Assembly (NCBI GenBank): GCA_029821755.1
Contig: JALGSV010000017.1
Location: 7,429-71,428, forward strand
From: Candidatus Zipacnadum vermilionense
GTDB lineage: Bacteria > Armatimonadota > Zipacnadia > Zipacnadales > Zipacnadaceae
DNA length: 64,000 bases
Reading direction: 5' to 3'
Shown: positions 1-10,598 of the stretch, one piece after another
Layout of the letters: each line of letters starts with the position of its first letter
Numbering within the stretch: position 1 is the first letter of the stretch
The notes under the pieces: generated by a model
Seen by the model: only the letters and a program-made list of their open reading frames with translations
Databases searched by the model: none
What the model was told of the DNA's origin: nothing
Translations under genes and position numbers: made by a program

Positions 1-842
1 ACGATATCGACGGGCTCCTCCAGCACCGCTTTTGCCGCGCGCTCGGCCTCGGTCATGCCGGCGATCTGGACCGCGCGAGTCTCCCCGGCCCAGAGCCCGG
101 TCACTCGGCGGTCCTCGTCGAGCGTGCAGGCCACGGAGAAGTCAGCCTCCCCGGCCAGGCGGTAGGCCTCCCAGGTCTCCAGGTCAGCGGGATTGCCCCG
201 CACCCGGCCCATCTCCACCGCGGCGTGCTCGATGATTTCCGGGCAATGGAAGAGGCAGATGGTCTCCTCGGCGGCCAGGCCGGGGAGGATCATCTTGCGC
301 CCGCCGGAGTACCCGGCGAATAGGTGCGGCTCGATCAGCGAGACCAGCACGCGCAGGTCGGCCTCGAGGTAGCGGCGGTCGACCAGCACCGGGGCGCCGC
401 GAGGGGTGCGGCCTACCCAGGCATGGCTCTCCATATCCCGCGCCTGGTGGGACTCAATGCGGTAGCCGCCGCCGGCGATTTCCGGGCCGACCATCTCGGC
501 GAGGTCCTCGGGAGTCGCCTCCCGATGCAGGCCCGTGGCGACGAGGAGGAGAATATCCTCCCGGGCCAGGCCGGCCGAGGCTAGGGCCTCGAGAATCGGC
601 GGGAGCAGTCGCGACCCCGGTAGCGGCCGGGTCAGATCCGGGATGACCAGGCAGGCGTCCCGCCGGCCGCGGGCCAGCTCGGCCAGGGGCGCGGTCTCCA
701 GCGGCGCCCGCAGGGCCACAGCGGCAGCCTGCTCGACATCGGGCAGAGATGCTCCGGCGTTCAGGCGCAGGACGTGCTTGACGTTGCGGTCGGGGAGGCA
801 GACGGACAGCCCCTCGCGGCCATAGCGGAGCTTGATATCCAT
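1..842 (-). CDS. LarA-like (lactate racemase N-terminal domain, DUF2088) protein, C-terminus truncated by the window edge
   Basis: The reverse-strand translation from ATG at 842 reads MDIKLRYGREGL... It contains the LarA hallmarks DLTRPLP, ATGLHRE and AGYSGGRKMILPG. The ORF runs off the left edge, so it is absent from the ATG-to-stop track. Confidence 0.6.
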   Translation of the reverse strand, partial: MDIKLRYGREGLSVCLPDRNVKHVLRLNAGASLPDVEQAAAVALRAPLETAPLAELARGRRDACLVIPDLTRPLPGSRLLPPILEALASAGLAREDILLLVATGLHREATPEDLAEMVGPEIAGGGYRIESHQARDMESHAWVGRTPRGAPVLVDRRYLEADLRVLVSLIEPHLFAGYSGGRKMILPGLAAEETICLFHCPEIIEHAAVEMGRVRGNPADLETWEAYRLAGEADFSVACTLDEDRRVTGLWAGETRAVQIAGMTEAERAAKAVLEEPVDI

Positions 843-937
843 GGCAGAAGGCTTCGCCGCGCGCGAGCAGCAGACCTCTAGGAGGGGCCGCTCGACACGG
901 CCCCTCCGTTCGGACATCATCTCAGGAGGAATCATCC

Positions 938-1984
938 ATGTCTTTACCCTTACCTGCGCACTCCATGCGCGATTGCTTCGCGGCTCTGGCTCACGGAGGA
1001 GAGCGGCGGCTCAGCTTCGAGCGGCTACAGCCGGCGGATTGGCAACAGTGGCAGGCCGAGCTGCGCGAAGCGCTGCGCGAGCTGCTCGCCGTGGACGTCT
1101 ATGAGCCGCATGAGGTCTGTGCAGAGGTGGTGTCGGAGGAACAGAGGGACGGGTATCGGCGGCAGCTTCTGCGGGTGCAAGGGCGGGATGGGGCAGTGAT
1201 CCCGGCGTACTGGCTGATTCCCGATAACCTGGCGGCGCCGGCGGGGGTGATGATCGCCCTGCACGGGCATGGAGCGGGGAAGGTCAAGCCGGCGGCGGCC
1301 AGCCAGGACTACTGGGGGCGGCCGGTGGATATCTCCGGGGAGCGCGACTATGCAGTGCAGGCCGTCCGGCGGGGGTACTTGGCCCTGGCGCCGGACCTGC
1401 GCGGCTTTGGCGAGATGATGTTTCCTGAAGCGCTGGAGGTGGCCAAGGAGAACACCTGCACGGAGATGGCGATGCGGGCGCTGATGGTAGGGCAGTCACT
1501 GCCGGGGATGCGCGTTCGGGATATGTCCAGCTTGGTGGACTGGCTGCTCACCCAACCGCAGGTGGACCCGGCGCGGATCTTCGCCACCGGCCAGTCCGGC
1601 GGGGGGACGCTCACCGTCTGGGCCGCCGCCCTCGACGAACGGATCACCGCGGCGCTGCCCTCTTGCGGCTTGTGCACCTTCGAGCACTCGATCATGGCCA
1701 TTCACCACTGCCCGTGCAACTACGTGGCGGGCACGATGGACCTGTGCGAGTACTACGATCTGGCCGGCTTGATCGCCCCGCGGCCGCTGCTGATCATCGC
1801 CGGGGCGCTGGATTCCATCTTTCCGCTGGCGGGTGTGCGGATAGCGTACGAGAAGGCCCGGGAGGTCTACCAAGCGGCCGGGAAGCCCGAGAACATCGAA
1901 CTTTTCGTGGGCGGGGAAGGTCACCGCTATTACGCTGAACGGGTATGGGGGTTCCTGGAGGAGAAGTGGGAGGGGACGCCGTAG
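938..1984 (+). CDS. alpha/beta-hydrolase (dienelactone hydrolase / acetyl-esterase-like serine hydrolase)
   Basis: 348-aa ORF with AGGAGG 8 nt upstream of the ATG. It has a GQSGGG nucleophile-elbow motif and HGHGAGK and DxxxH elements typical of the DLH/AXE fold. Confidence 0.65.
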   Translation: MSLPLPAHSMRDCFAALAHGGERRLSFERLQPADWQQWQAELREALRELLAVDVYEPHEVCAEVVSEEQRDGYRRQLLRVQGRDGAVIPAYWLIPDNLAAPAGVMIALHGHGAGKVKPAAASQDYWGRPVDISGERDYAVQAVRRGYLALAPDLRGFGEMMFPEALEVAKENTCTEMAMRALMVGQSLPGMRVRDMSSLVDWLLTQPQVDPARIFATGQSGGGTLTVWAAALDERITAALPSCGLCTFEHSIMAIHHCPCNYVAGTMDLCEYYDLAGLIAPRPLLIIAGALDSIFPLAGVRIAYEKAREVYQAAGKPENIELFVGGEGHRYYAERVWGFLEEKWEGTP

Positions 1985-2270
1985 GCCGGCCGCCCTCAGT
2001 CGGGCGCTTTCCGACCTGCCCGCCGCCGCTGCGACGCCAGTCCGCGTGGTTGGGCGCCTCGACCCTCGCCACCGCAGTCTCATAGCCGACAGCCGGAGGC
2101 GGCGCACGGGCCTACGTCCGCGCCCCGCGTCTGCCGGACTACGGCGCCTACTAGGACTACCTGCAAATGCATCCGGAGGAGTTTGCGCAGCTTGCCAGCG
2201 CCATCCTCTTCGCGATGCCGGAGGGCGATCGGCAAGGGGTAGTGCTGCTGAAGGAAGAGATGACCACCTC

Positions 2271-5200
2271 ATGAATGACAGCCCCCATGACTGGCAGAGG
2301 CAGGAGGCGCGCCGGCTGGAGACGCGGGTTGCCGAATCGGCCCGCATCCTGGACGGCTTGATGCGCAGCTCCTTCACGCCCCTGGTCTTGCTCGACCCGA
2401 ACCTCAACTTCGTCCGCGTCAATGAGGCATACGCCCAGGCCTGCGCCAAGGAAGTGGAGGACTTCCCCGGACATAACCACTTCGTGTGGTACCCCTCCGA
2501 AGAGTTGGAGGCCACCTTCCGTCAGGTGGTGGAGAGCAAGCAGCCCTGGGAGACCGAGGCCCGGCCCTTCGTCTTTCCCGACCACTCGGAGTGGGGCACC
2601 ACCTATTGGGACTTGTCGCTTACTCCGCTCCTGGACGACCAGGGCAAGGTGGAGTACCTGGTATTCTCCCTAAAGGACGTCACCGAGCGCGTAACGGCGC
2701 AGCAGGAGCTGGAGGAACACCGGCAGCACCTGGAGGACTTGGTTAGCCAGCGCACCGGGGAACTACGCGAGTCCGAGCAGCGCTACCGGACGGTGGCCGA
2801 CTACGCCTATGGCTGGGAGTGGTGGATGTGGCCGGACGGAAGCTTCGCCTACGTTTCGCCGTCGGCGGAGCGGGTCACCGGCTACCCGGCGCAGAGCTTC
2901 ATGCTCGACCCGGCCTTCTACCACACGATCACCCACGAGGAGGACGTCGCGGGTTTGGAGGAGCACGAGCGGGAGGCGATGGCCAACGAGCGGCCGAGGG
3001 CCTACGAGTTCCGTATCGTGCGCCAGGATGGCCAGATACGGTGGCTCGAGCACATCTGCCAGGCTGTCTATGATACGGAGGGCAACTTCGCGGGACGGCG
3101 GGGCAGCAATCGGGATGTGACTGCGCGCAAGCAGGTCGAGGCCGAGCGCCAAGCTACCCTGGAACTGCTGCGTCTGGTCAACTCCGGCCAGGACCTGACC
3201 AGCCTCCTGCGGGAAGCCACCGGCTTCCTACAGAGACTCTCGGGCTGTGACGCCGTAGGGATCCGCCTACGCGACGGAGGCGATTTCCCGTACTTCGAGA
3301 CCACGGGCTTCTCGGCCGATTTCGTGGCGAAGGAGACCCACCTATGTGCCACCGATGAGCGCCTAGGGCCACTCACCGATGAACAGGGAAACCCTCGTTT
3401 AGAGTGTGTCTGCGGCGCGGTGCTCTCGGGCCGCGTTGACCCGTCCCTGCCTTGCTTCACGCCCGCAGGAAGCTTCTGGACCAACAGCACTACCGACCTG
3501 CTGGCGGGGCTCCGGAGAGATCAGCTAGGCGCCGCCTTCCGCGGCCGCTGCGTGAAGGAGGGCTACGAGTCAGTGGCGCTGGTCCCCTTCCGCGTCGGCG
3601 ACGAGGTGCTGGGATTGGTGCAGTTCAACGACCGAGGCCGGGACCGGTTCACGCTTGACGACATTTCCTGCTTCGAGCGGCTGACCTCCAACCTGGCCGT
3701 CGCGGTGGCGCAGCGCCAAGCCGAGGCCGAACGTGAGCGGCTGTTGCATGACCTGGAGGTTGAGCGGGCGCGGTTTGCCGCGGTGTTAGAGCAGGCGCCG
3801 CTGGGGATCATCGTCGGCGAGGCTCCCAGCGGCAAGCTGATCCTGAGCAACGCCGAGGTAGAGCGCATCTTCCGACACTCCTTCATCCCCAGCGCCGATA
3901 TTGGCGAGTACCGGGCCTGGCAGGGCCTACACCCAGATGGCCAGCCCTATGAGCCGGGGGAGTGGCCACTGGCGCGCGCTCTCACCTCGGGCGAGGTGGT
4001 GCGCGACGAGGAGGTCGACATCATCCGCGGCGATGACACGCACGGCACGATATCACTCAACGCCGCGCCGGTGAGGGACGCCGACGGCAAGATCGTCGCC
4101 GGGGTGGTGGCTTTCGGGGATATCACCTACCGGCGGTGGGCGGAGGAGGAGCTCCACAAATACCAGGAGCACTTGGAGGAGCTGATTGACGAGCGTACCC
4201 GAGAGCTGGAGGAGACCGCCAGCCAACTGGCAGAGCAGCACGCCTTCAGCGAGGCCGTGCTGGCCACGGTGGCGACGCTGATCATGGTCTTGGACAATCA
4301 GGGGCGAATTGTGCGCTTCAACCGGGCCTGCGAGGAAACCACCGGCTATACCTTCGAGGAGGTCGAGGGGCGCCCCTTCTGGGATTTCTTGGTCTTGCCC
4401 GAAGAGGCCGACCAGGTGCGGGACACATGGCAGGAGCTAATCAACAACTTGGCCAATCGCAATGAGAACCATTGGGTCACCAAGGACGGCGGGCGCCGGT
4501 TGATCTCCTTTAACAACACGGTGCTGGTGGGGCCGGAGGGCCTGGTGGAGTATGTCATCGCCTCCGGGCTGGACGTTACCGAACACCGGGAATTGGAGCA
4601 AGCTCTCGCCGGGAGCGAGGAGAAGTACCGGAGTCTAGTCAATGAGGCCAATGTGATGGTTCTGAGCATGAACCCAGCCGGGGAACTCACTTTCATGAGC
4701 CCATATGCCCTCAAGTTCTTCGGCTATACGGAGGAGGAAGTGCTGGGCCGCAACGCACTGGGGATCATCGTGCCGGAGACCGACAGTGAGGGCCACGACC
4801 TGTCGGGGATGGTGTCGGAGATCGCCGGGCGACCCGACGCCTACGGCTACCACGAGAACGAGAACATCACCAAGAACGGGCAGCGCATGTGGATGTCCTG
4901 GTCGAACCAGCCGCTGTACGGTGCAGAGGGGGAGGTCGTCGGACTGCTGAGTATCGGCGTGGACCGCACCGAGCAGAAGCGAGCCGAGGAGATGCTCCAC
5001 GACTACCGGGAGAGCCTGCGGTCGCTGGCCTCGGAGCTGGCCCTAGCCGAGGAGCGCGAGCGGCGGCGCATCGCCGTCGGCATCCACGACCACGTCAGCC
5101 AGACGCTGGCTCTCGCCAAGATGCGGCTGGGCTCGTTGCGCCGCTCGTCGTTAGGGCTGCCCCGGGACGAGTCGCTTGCGGAGGTGGAGAAACTGGTCGA

Positions 5201-5669
5201 TCAGGTTATTGACCACACCCGGACGTTGACCTTCGAGCTAAGCCCGCCGATCCTGTACGAGCTGGGCCTTAATCCGGCGCTGGAATGGGTGTGCGAGGCC
5301 ACCACCAGCCGCCATGGCCTGCCCTGCTACTTAGAGGGCACCCCCAAGCTCCTACCCCTGGCCGACGACGTGCGGGTGGTGCTGTTCCAGGGCGTGCGGG
5401 AACTGCTGAACAACACGGTCAAGCACGCGCAGGCCGGCCGGGCGACTGTAGCCGTGCGGCGCGAAGAGAACTGGGTCCACATCACGGTGGAGGACGACGG
5501 GGTGGGCTTTGACACCGCCGACCTCGGCCGGGCCGTGGGGGAGAAGCAGTCCTTCGGCCTGTTCAACATCCGCGAACGCCTGCAGTACCTGGGTGGCTAC
5601 GTCGAGATCGAGTCCACCCCGGGCGAGGGGACGCGGGTAACACTGACCGCGCCGCTGGTCGAGGAGTAG
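2271..5669 (+). CDS. multi-PAS/GAF sensor histidine kinase (HisKA_3 + HATPase_c, NarL-type partner)
   Basis: Long ORF. The likely start is ATG 2271 (MNDSPHDW...), just after a short upstream ORF stop. It has repeated PAS-like segments. The H-box is HDHVSQTLALAK and is followed by a C-terminal GHKL ATPase block (N, G1, G2: GEGTRVTL). Confidence 0.85.
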   Translation: MNDSPHDWQRQEARRLETRVAESARILDGLMRSSFTPLVLLDPNLNFVRVNEAYAQACAKEVEDFPGHNHFVWYPSEELEATFRQVVESKQPWETEARPFVFPDHSEWGTTYWDLSLTPLLDDQGKVEYLVFSLKDVTERVTAQQELEEHRQHLEDLVSQRTGELRESEQRYRTVADYAYGWEWWMWPDGSFAYVSPSAERVTGYPAQSFMLDPAFYHTITHEEDVAGLEEHEREAMANERPRAYEFRIVRQDGQIRWLEHICQAVYDTEGNFAGRRGSNRDVTARKQVEAERQATLELLRLVNSGQDLTSLLREATGFLQRLSGCDAVGIRLRDGGDFPYFETTGFSADFVAKETHLCATDERLGPLTDEQGNPRLECVCGAVLSGRVDPSLPCFTPAGSFWTNSTTDLLAGLRRDQLGAAFRGRCVKEGYESVALVPFRVGDEVLGLVQFNDRGRDRFTLDDISCFERLTSNLAVAVAQRQAEAERERLLHDLEVERARFAAVLEQAPLGIIVGEAPSGKLILSNAEVERIFRHSFIPSADIGEYRAWQGLHPDGQPYEPGEWPLARALTSGEVVRDEEVDIIRGDDTHGTISLNAAPVRDADGKIVAGVVAFGDITYRRWAEEELHKYQEHLEELIDERTRELEETASQLAEQHAFSEAVLATVATLIMVLDNQGRIVRFNRACEETTGYTFEEVEGRPFWDFLVLPEEADQVRDTWQELINNLANRNENHWVTKDGGRRLISFNNTVLVGPEGLVEYVIASGLDVTEHRELEQALAGSEEKYRSLVNEANVMVLSMNPAGELTFMSPYALKFFGYTEEEVLGRNALGIIVPETDSEGHDLSGMVSEIAGRPDAYGYHENENITKNGQRMWMSWSNQPLYGAEGEVVGLLSIGVDRTEQKRAEEMLHDYRESLRSLASELALAEERERRRIAVGIHDHVSQTLALAKMRLGSLRRSSLGLPRDESLAEVEKLVDQVIDHTRTLTFELSPPILYELGLNPALEWVCEATTSRHGLPCYLEGTPKLLPLADDVRVVLFQGVRELLNNTVKHAQAGRATVAVRREENWVHITVEDDGVGFDTADLGRAVGEKQSFGLFNIRERLQYLGGYVEIESTPGEGTRVTLTAPLVEE

Positions 5670-5791
5670 GCGCGGGAGGGGCCGGATACTTCGCCCGCTG
5701 GCGTGGGCTCGTATGCGGCCCCCAGGTGAACCGTTGCGCCGCGTGCGTAGCCGGCCCCCCCCGGCGGACCCGCTGCCCAAGGAGAAGCACC

Positions 5792-6445
5792 ATGAGCATG
5801 AAGGTAATCATCGTAGACGATCACCAGCTATTCCGGCAGGGCCTCCGGGCACTGCTGGAGGGCGAGTCGGACATGGAGGTCGTGGGTGAGGGGGAGAACG
5901 GCCACGAAGCGGTACGGCTGTGCAAGCAACTCAAGCCCGAGGTGGTGGTGATGGACGTGGGGATGCCGGAACTCAACGGCATGGAGGCCACCCGGCAGTG
6001 CCTGGCGGAGCACCCGAAGGTCAAGATCCTGGCGCTGTCCATGCACGCCGACCGGCGCTTCGCTTCCGGCATGCTCCGGGCGGGTGCCTCCGGCTACCTG
6101 CTCAAGGACGCGGCCTTCGACCAGCTCATCGAGGCCATTCGCGCCGTGGCGGCGGGCCAGATCTACCTGAGCCCGGCCGTCACCGAGGTGGTGGTGGATG
6201 ACTACGTCCACCGCCTGGCGAGCGGCGCGGAAAGCGCCTTCTCGGTGCTTTCCGCCCGCGAGCGCGAGGTGCTCCAGTGCCTGGCCGAGGGTCTCAGCAC
6301 CAGGGAGATCGCCGAGGCCCTGCATGTAAGCGCCAAGACCATCGAGACCCACCGGCAGCAGGTAATGAACAAGCTAGACATCCACAACGTCGCTGAGCTA
6401 ACGAAATATGCAGTGCGCGAGGGGCTGACTTCGCTGGAGCCGTAG
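5792..6445 (+). CDS. response regulator, NarL/LuxR family (REC + LuxR HTH)
   Basis: MSMKVIIVDDHQLFRQGL... receiver domain with the phospho-acceptor Asp context VVVMDVGMPELNG, and a C-terminal LuxR-type HTH (REREVLQCLAEGLSTREIAEALHVSAKTIETH). AAGGAG sits 7 nt upstream. It lies immediately downstream of the kinase. Confidence 0.9.
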   Translation: MSMKVIIVDDHQLFRQGLRALLEGESDMEVVGEGENGHEAVRLCKQLKPEVVVMDVGMPELNGMEATRQCLAEHPKVKILALSMHADRRFASGMLRAGASGYLLKDAAFDQLIEAIRAVAAGQIYLSPAVTEVVVDDYVHRLASGAESAFSVLSAREREVLQCLAEGLSTREIAEALHVSAKTIETHRQQVMNKLDIHNVAELTKYAVREGLTSLEP

Positions 6446-6513
6446 ACGAGGGCGCCGGACCTCTAATCGCAGGCGGGCGTCGCACTCGGGACGCACCGCC
6501 GGGAGTTCGCGGG

Positions 6514-7179
6514 ATGATCAAGGGGCAGCAACAGACACGGGTGGAGCCGGTCGAGATCACTGTGGACGGGGCTCGGTTACAGGGAGACCTCTCCCTGCCA
6601 CCGCAGGCGTCCGGTCTGGTGCTATTCGCGCACGGCAGCGGCAGCAGTCGGCATAGCCCCCGCAACCAATATGTCGCTGAGACCCTCCAGCAAGAGGGCT
6701 TGGCGACGCTCTTGTTGGATTTGCTCACCACCGAAGAGGAGGCGGTGGACGCGTACACCCGCCACTACCGCTTCGATATCCCCCTCCTGGCCGGCCGGTT
6801 GGTGGGAGCCACCGACTGGGCGGCCCACGACGTGCGCACGGTCTCCCTGCCGGTGGGCCATTTCGGCGCCAGCACCGGGGCGGCGGCGGCACTGGTCGCG
6901 GCCGTAGACCGTCCGGAGGTGCTCCGCGCTATCGTCTCTCGCGGCGGCCGGCCGGATCTGGCCGGCGCGGCACTCTCTCAGGTCATAGCCCCCACCCTCC
7001 TGATCGTAGGCGGCTACGACACCCCCGTCATCGCCCTCAATCAGGAGGCCTACAACCAGTTACCCGACGGTAAGGAAATGATGATCGTCCCCCGCGCCAC
7101 GCACCTGTTCGAGGAGCCCGGCGCCCTGGAGGAGGTCGCGCGGCTGGCCGGCGAGTGGTTCCTGCGGCACCTGAAATAA
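6514..7179 (+). CDS. alpha/beta hydrolase (dienelactone-hydrolase-like)
   Basis: 221 aa. It has the LVLFAHGSGSSRHSPRN and GHFGASTGAAAAL (GxSxG) motifs and the conserved C-terminal His region RATHLFEEPG. Confidence 0.7.
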   Translation: MIKGQQQTRVEPVEITVDGARLQGDLSLPPQASGLVLFAHGSGSSRHSPRNQYVAETLQQEGLATLLLDLLTTEEEAVDAYTRHYRFDIPLLAGRLVGATDWAAHDVRTVSLPVGHFGASTGAAAALVAAVDRPEVLRAIVSRGGRPDLAGAALSQVIAPTLLIVGGYDTPVIALNQEAYNQLPDGKEMMIVPRATHLFEEPGALEEVARLAGEWFLRHLK

Positions 7180-7202
7180 AGAGAGAACGCAGCGGCTGGC
7201 CC

Positions 7203-7242
7203 CATCCCCCCGACCCCCCTTTCCCCTTGTGGGAGAGGGGGG
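7203..7242. repeat. GC-rich hairpin repeat, family 1, copy 1 (CCCCCCTTTCCCC-TTGT-GGGAGAGGGGGG)
   Basis: Near-perfect 12-bp inverted repeat with one mismatch. Its upstream flank CATCCCCCCGACCCCCC resembles the other copies at 16672, 42266 and 43717. It lies between the hydrolase gene and folC. Confidence 0.6.
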
Positions 7243-7367
7243 TCACTACTAACGGTGGCCTTGGCCCCGGGGCGGCGACGGGCGAGGGGTATTTGCCCCG
7301 CGGGAAGGAAAGACGAGTCGAGAGCGCGAATGCCTCTTGTTCGGAACTACCGGGGACGAGATATACC

Positions 7368-8738
7368 GTGGACGATCTGACTACCTTCGACCAAGCCAAG
7401 GACTGGCTCCACTCCTTCGTGGACTTCGAACGCCGAGGCTTCCGGCGGCACTTTGCCGACGTGGTCAACCTCGACACCATCCGCGCCCTGCTGAGCATGC
7501 TGGGCAGTCCCCACGAGCGCTTCCCCAGCCTGCACCTGGCCGGCACCAAGGGCAAGGGCTCCACGGCGGCGCTGTGTGAGGCGGCCCTGCGCGCCGCGGG
7601 CTATCGCACGGGCCTGTACACCTCCCCGCACCTGCTCAGCATGCGTGAGCGCATCCGCCTGAACGGTGTCCCGGTGAGCGAAGAGCAGATTGTGGCCCTC
7701 GTCCGTCAGGTCCAGTCGGCCGCCGAAAGCCTCCGCGAGCGTCCGGACCTCAACCCGCCCACCTTCTTTGAGATACACACCGCTATGGCCTTCCTGGCCT
7801 TTGCCGAGGCGGGGGTGGATATCGCGGTGGTGGAGACCGGTCTAGGCGGACGGCTGGATGCCACCAACGTCATCGTGCCCCTGGTGACCGCGATCACTAC
7901 CGTGGGGCGCGACCACACAGACATCCTCGGGGATTCCCTGCCCCAGATCGCACGGGAGAAGGCGGGTATCATCAAGCCGGGGGCGCCGGTGTGCCTGGGT
8001 GAGCAGGAGCCGGAGGTGGAGGACGTGATCCTGGCGCGCGCGGTGGAGGTGGGGGCCCCGGTGCGGCGAGCCCCGCGGGTGCGGGCGGTGGGGCGACCCC
8101 GTCCCCTGGAGCCGCCGGATGACGGCGAGCCCCTCCCCTGCGCGGCGCAGACAGTGGCTATCGAGACGGGGGGCGGGGACTGGCGCGTGCGGTTGCCCCT
8201 GGCGGGGCGGCACCAGTGGGGCAACCTGGGGCTGGCCTGGACGGCGGTGGAGGCTCTGGGCGAGCAAGGCTTTCCGGTCAAGCGGCGACAGTTCGTAGCG
8301 GGGGTGAAGAGCCTGCGTTGGCCAGCGCGGCTGGAGGTGGTCCAGGCGCGGCCCTGGGTGGTGCTGGACTGCGCCCACAACGTGCCCTCGCTGCGTGCCC
8401 TGGCCGCTGCCTTGCCGGCCTCCCTGCGCTACCGGCGGTTGATTTTGGTCTACGGGCTTTCTGCCGATAAAGAGATTGAGGCTGCTACCCAGGAGATTGC
8501 CCCGCTGGCGGAGGCCGTGGTGCTGACCCAGGCGATGGTGCACCGCGCCCTGTGGGTCAGCGAGTTGGCCCGGGCCACCTGGGGCGCCTGGCGCGCCACC
8601 CCGCACCTGGCCTGGACCGTCGAGGAGGCTCTCCAGCGGGCGCGCGCCCTGGCCGACCCGGAAGACTGCATCTGCGTGACCGGATCGGTGTTCGTAGTCG
8701 GTGCGGCCTTGCAGGCGCTGGGGATGGAGGTCCGGTAG
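7368..8738 (+). CDS. folC: folylpolyglutamate synthase / dihydrofolate synthase (Mur ligase family)
   Basis: P-loop LHLAGTKGKGST. The Mur-ligase middle and C-terminal domains are present, including VVETGLGGRLDATN and the DCAHN motif. The start is taken as the in-frame GTG at 7368 (VDDLTTFDQAKDWL...); the track ORF from 7155 overlaps the upstream gene and the hairpin. The alternative TTG at 7293 cannot be excluded. Confidence 0.8.
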   Translation: MDDLTTFDQAKDWLHSFVDFERRGFRRHFADVVNLDTIRALLSMLGSPHERFPSLHLAGTKGKGSTAALCEAALRAAGYRTGLYTSPHLLSMRERIRLNGVPVSEEQIVALVRQVQSAAESLRERPDLNPPTFFEIHTAMAFLAFAEAGVDIAVVETGLGGRLDATNVIVPLVTAITTVGRDHTDILGDSLPQIAREKAGIIKPGAPVCLGEQEPEVEDVILARAVEVGAPVRRAPRVRAVGRPRPLEPPDDGEPLPCAAQTVAIETGGGDWRVRLPLAGRHQWGNLGLAWTAVEALGEQGFPVKRRQFVAGVKSLRWPARLEVVQARPWVVLDCAHNVPSLRALAAALPASLRYRRLILVYGLSADKEIEAATQEIAPLAEAVVLTQAMVHRALWVSELARATWGAWRATPHLAWTVEEALQRARALADPEDCICVTGSVFVVGAALQALGMEVR

Positions 8739-8837
8739 GCCGCGGCGATGTCGGACACCTGCTTCATCGCCCCCTCGCACTGTCTTTCAGGGCGTGCTTC
8801 CTCATATTACGGCCGCCAAACAGGAGGCGCTGTTCCA

Positions 8838-10579
8838 TGCTGATCCGCTGCCTTGCCTGTCTCTGCCTGCTGCTGCCGGCATCGCTGGGGTGGGCCGCCG
8901 AAGGCCAGCCCGTACCCGCCATGACCCCCGAAGCCGCCGCCACGGCCGAGAATCCCCCCGCCCCCACCGGCCCGACTGGCCTCACGGACGCCCAGAAACT
9001 CTACGAGCAGGTCAACGCTCTCCTGATAATCCGCGGCCTGGGGATCACCGACGAGCAACTGGAGCAGCTCCTGCCGATTCTGGAGAACCTGCGGGACAAC
9101 CGGACCTACGCGCTGCAGACGACCGCCCGGGCTTGGCAGCAGGACAGCGAGAATCTCCAGGCGGCGATTGAAGCGGCGGTGACCGGACGGGCCGCGGGGG
9201 AGGCCTTGGCGCCCGCGCAGAAAGCGCTGGCCGACTTTCAGGAGGCCGCCGGGGGGCTGCTGCAGGCCAACCAGAACGGGGCCACCCAACTCGCGGCGGT
9301 GCTGAGCCCGGCCCAGGAGTCGTTGTACGAGTCGTTACCTCAGTACCTGGTGCGCCAGCAGTCCGAGGCGCTGCTGGGCGGCGCGCCCAGCGTGCAGGAC
9401 TACTTCGTCAGCCAGATCGACCTCCTGCGTTCCCTGTCCCTGGACGAGTACCGTCTGGTGCGCTACTGGGAGGCCGAGCGTCTGGCCAGTCTGCTCCGCC
9501 CGCCGGACACCCCGGGATTCGCCTACCTGCAGTCGCGTCTGCTGGACGCCATGGACACCATGTACCTGAGGTCCGACGGGGATTACCTCTACCAGCGCGC
9601 CAACCTGGCCCGGCAGATCGCGCAGTACCTGGGTCTGCAGGAAACGGTGCGCTCTACCTACTTCCGATGGAGCGAGATCGCGCTGTTGCTGACCAGTGAC
9701 CAGACGCCGCAGGTGATCCAGCAACTGCTGGGGCAGACACCGCAGCCGGTGCCGACGGTGGATCCCGAGGTGCAAAGGCAGGCGCGGGAGATGCGGGATG
9801 CGGCGGCCCAGGCGCAGGTGCTGCTGCTGGCGCGCAGCATGGCTCTGACCGCGGGCCAACTGGCGGTCATGCAGCCGCTGGTGCAGCAGGCAGCGACGGC
9901 AAGGGGGGAGCCGGGCAAGGCGAGGGCGACCCAGATCGCTCGGCGACAGGCGGCGTTGCACGAGATGCGGGACAGTCTGCTGGCCGGGCCGGAGGCGCCG
10001 CCGGGCCTGGACGAGGCCTGGACGGACCTGCAGCAGGCTATCCAGGAGGAGCGGCAGATCGCCCTGGGCACGGCTACGGAGAAGCTGGTGCAGACTCGGG
10101 ACTATCTGACTGCCGACCAGGTCGCTCTGCTCCACTGGCCGCTGGCCCTGGCCGGCGGGGCCGGTCGGCAGGCGCAGCTAGAGGAACTGCGCTACATTGC
10201 CGTCCAGATGTCCATCGGCTACACCTTGTTCGACCACCGCTACGCCGCCGCCGGGCGGGTGGCGCGCAGGATGATGCGCCCTGCCCGCACGCTGAACGTG
10301 CTCAATGAGTACGTGCCGCAGGACTCACCCTACCGCCGGGCGGCGGAGCAGTACCTGCTCGACATGGTGCGCCAGGCGCGCGCGGTGCCTGCGGCGTCCT
10401 GGGAGGCGACCTGGCCGCGGCTGGTCACGGAGATGATGGTCGCGCTGGGCGCGGTGCCGGGTCCGGGGGTGGTGTTCTCCAACGCGCCGCCGGAGGCCTG
10501 GGACGACTACTTCACCACCCTCACCGACCCGGTGGCTCCGGATCTGCTGGAGAGAATAGCGGTCGCGCGAGGAGGGTAG
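8838..10579 (+). CDS. secreted hypothetical protein (Ala/Gln/Leu-rich, predicted all-alpha)
   Basis: AGGAGG precedes ATG 8838. The N-terminus MLIRCLACLCLLLPASLGWAAEG is a signal peptide. I recognise no catalytic motif. A REP-type hairpin sits immediately downstream. Confidence 0.5.
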
Positions 10580-10598
10580 CGGGGGGAGGACCTGACGG

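Noticed and set aside
1496-2515. 339-aa minus-strand ORF overlapping the alpha/beta hydrolase gene and HK leader
   Set aside because: It is antisense to a gene with clear motifs, its composition is Arg/Pro/Gly-rich, and it has no motif. This is the typical high-GC shadow ORF.
9335-10135. 266-aa minus-strand ORF
   Set aside because: It is antisense to the secreted hypothetical gene. It is low-complexity.
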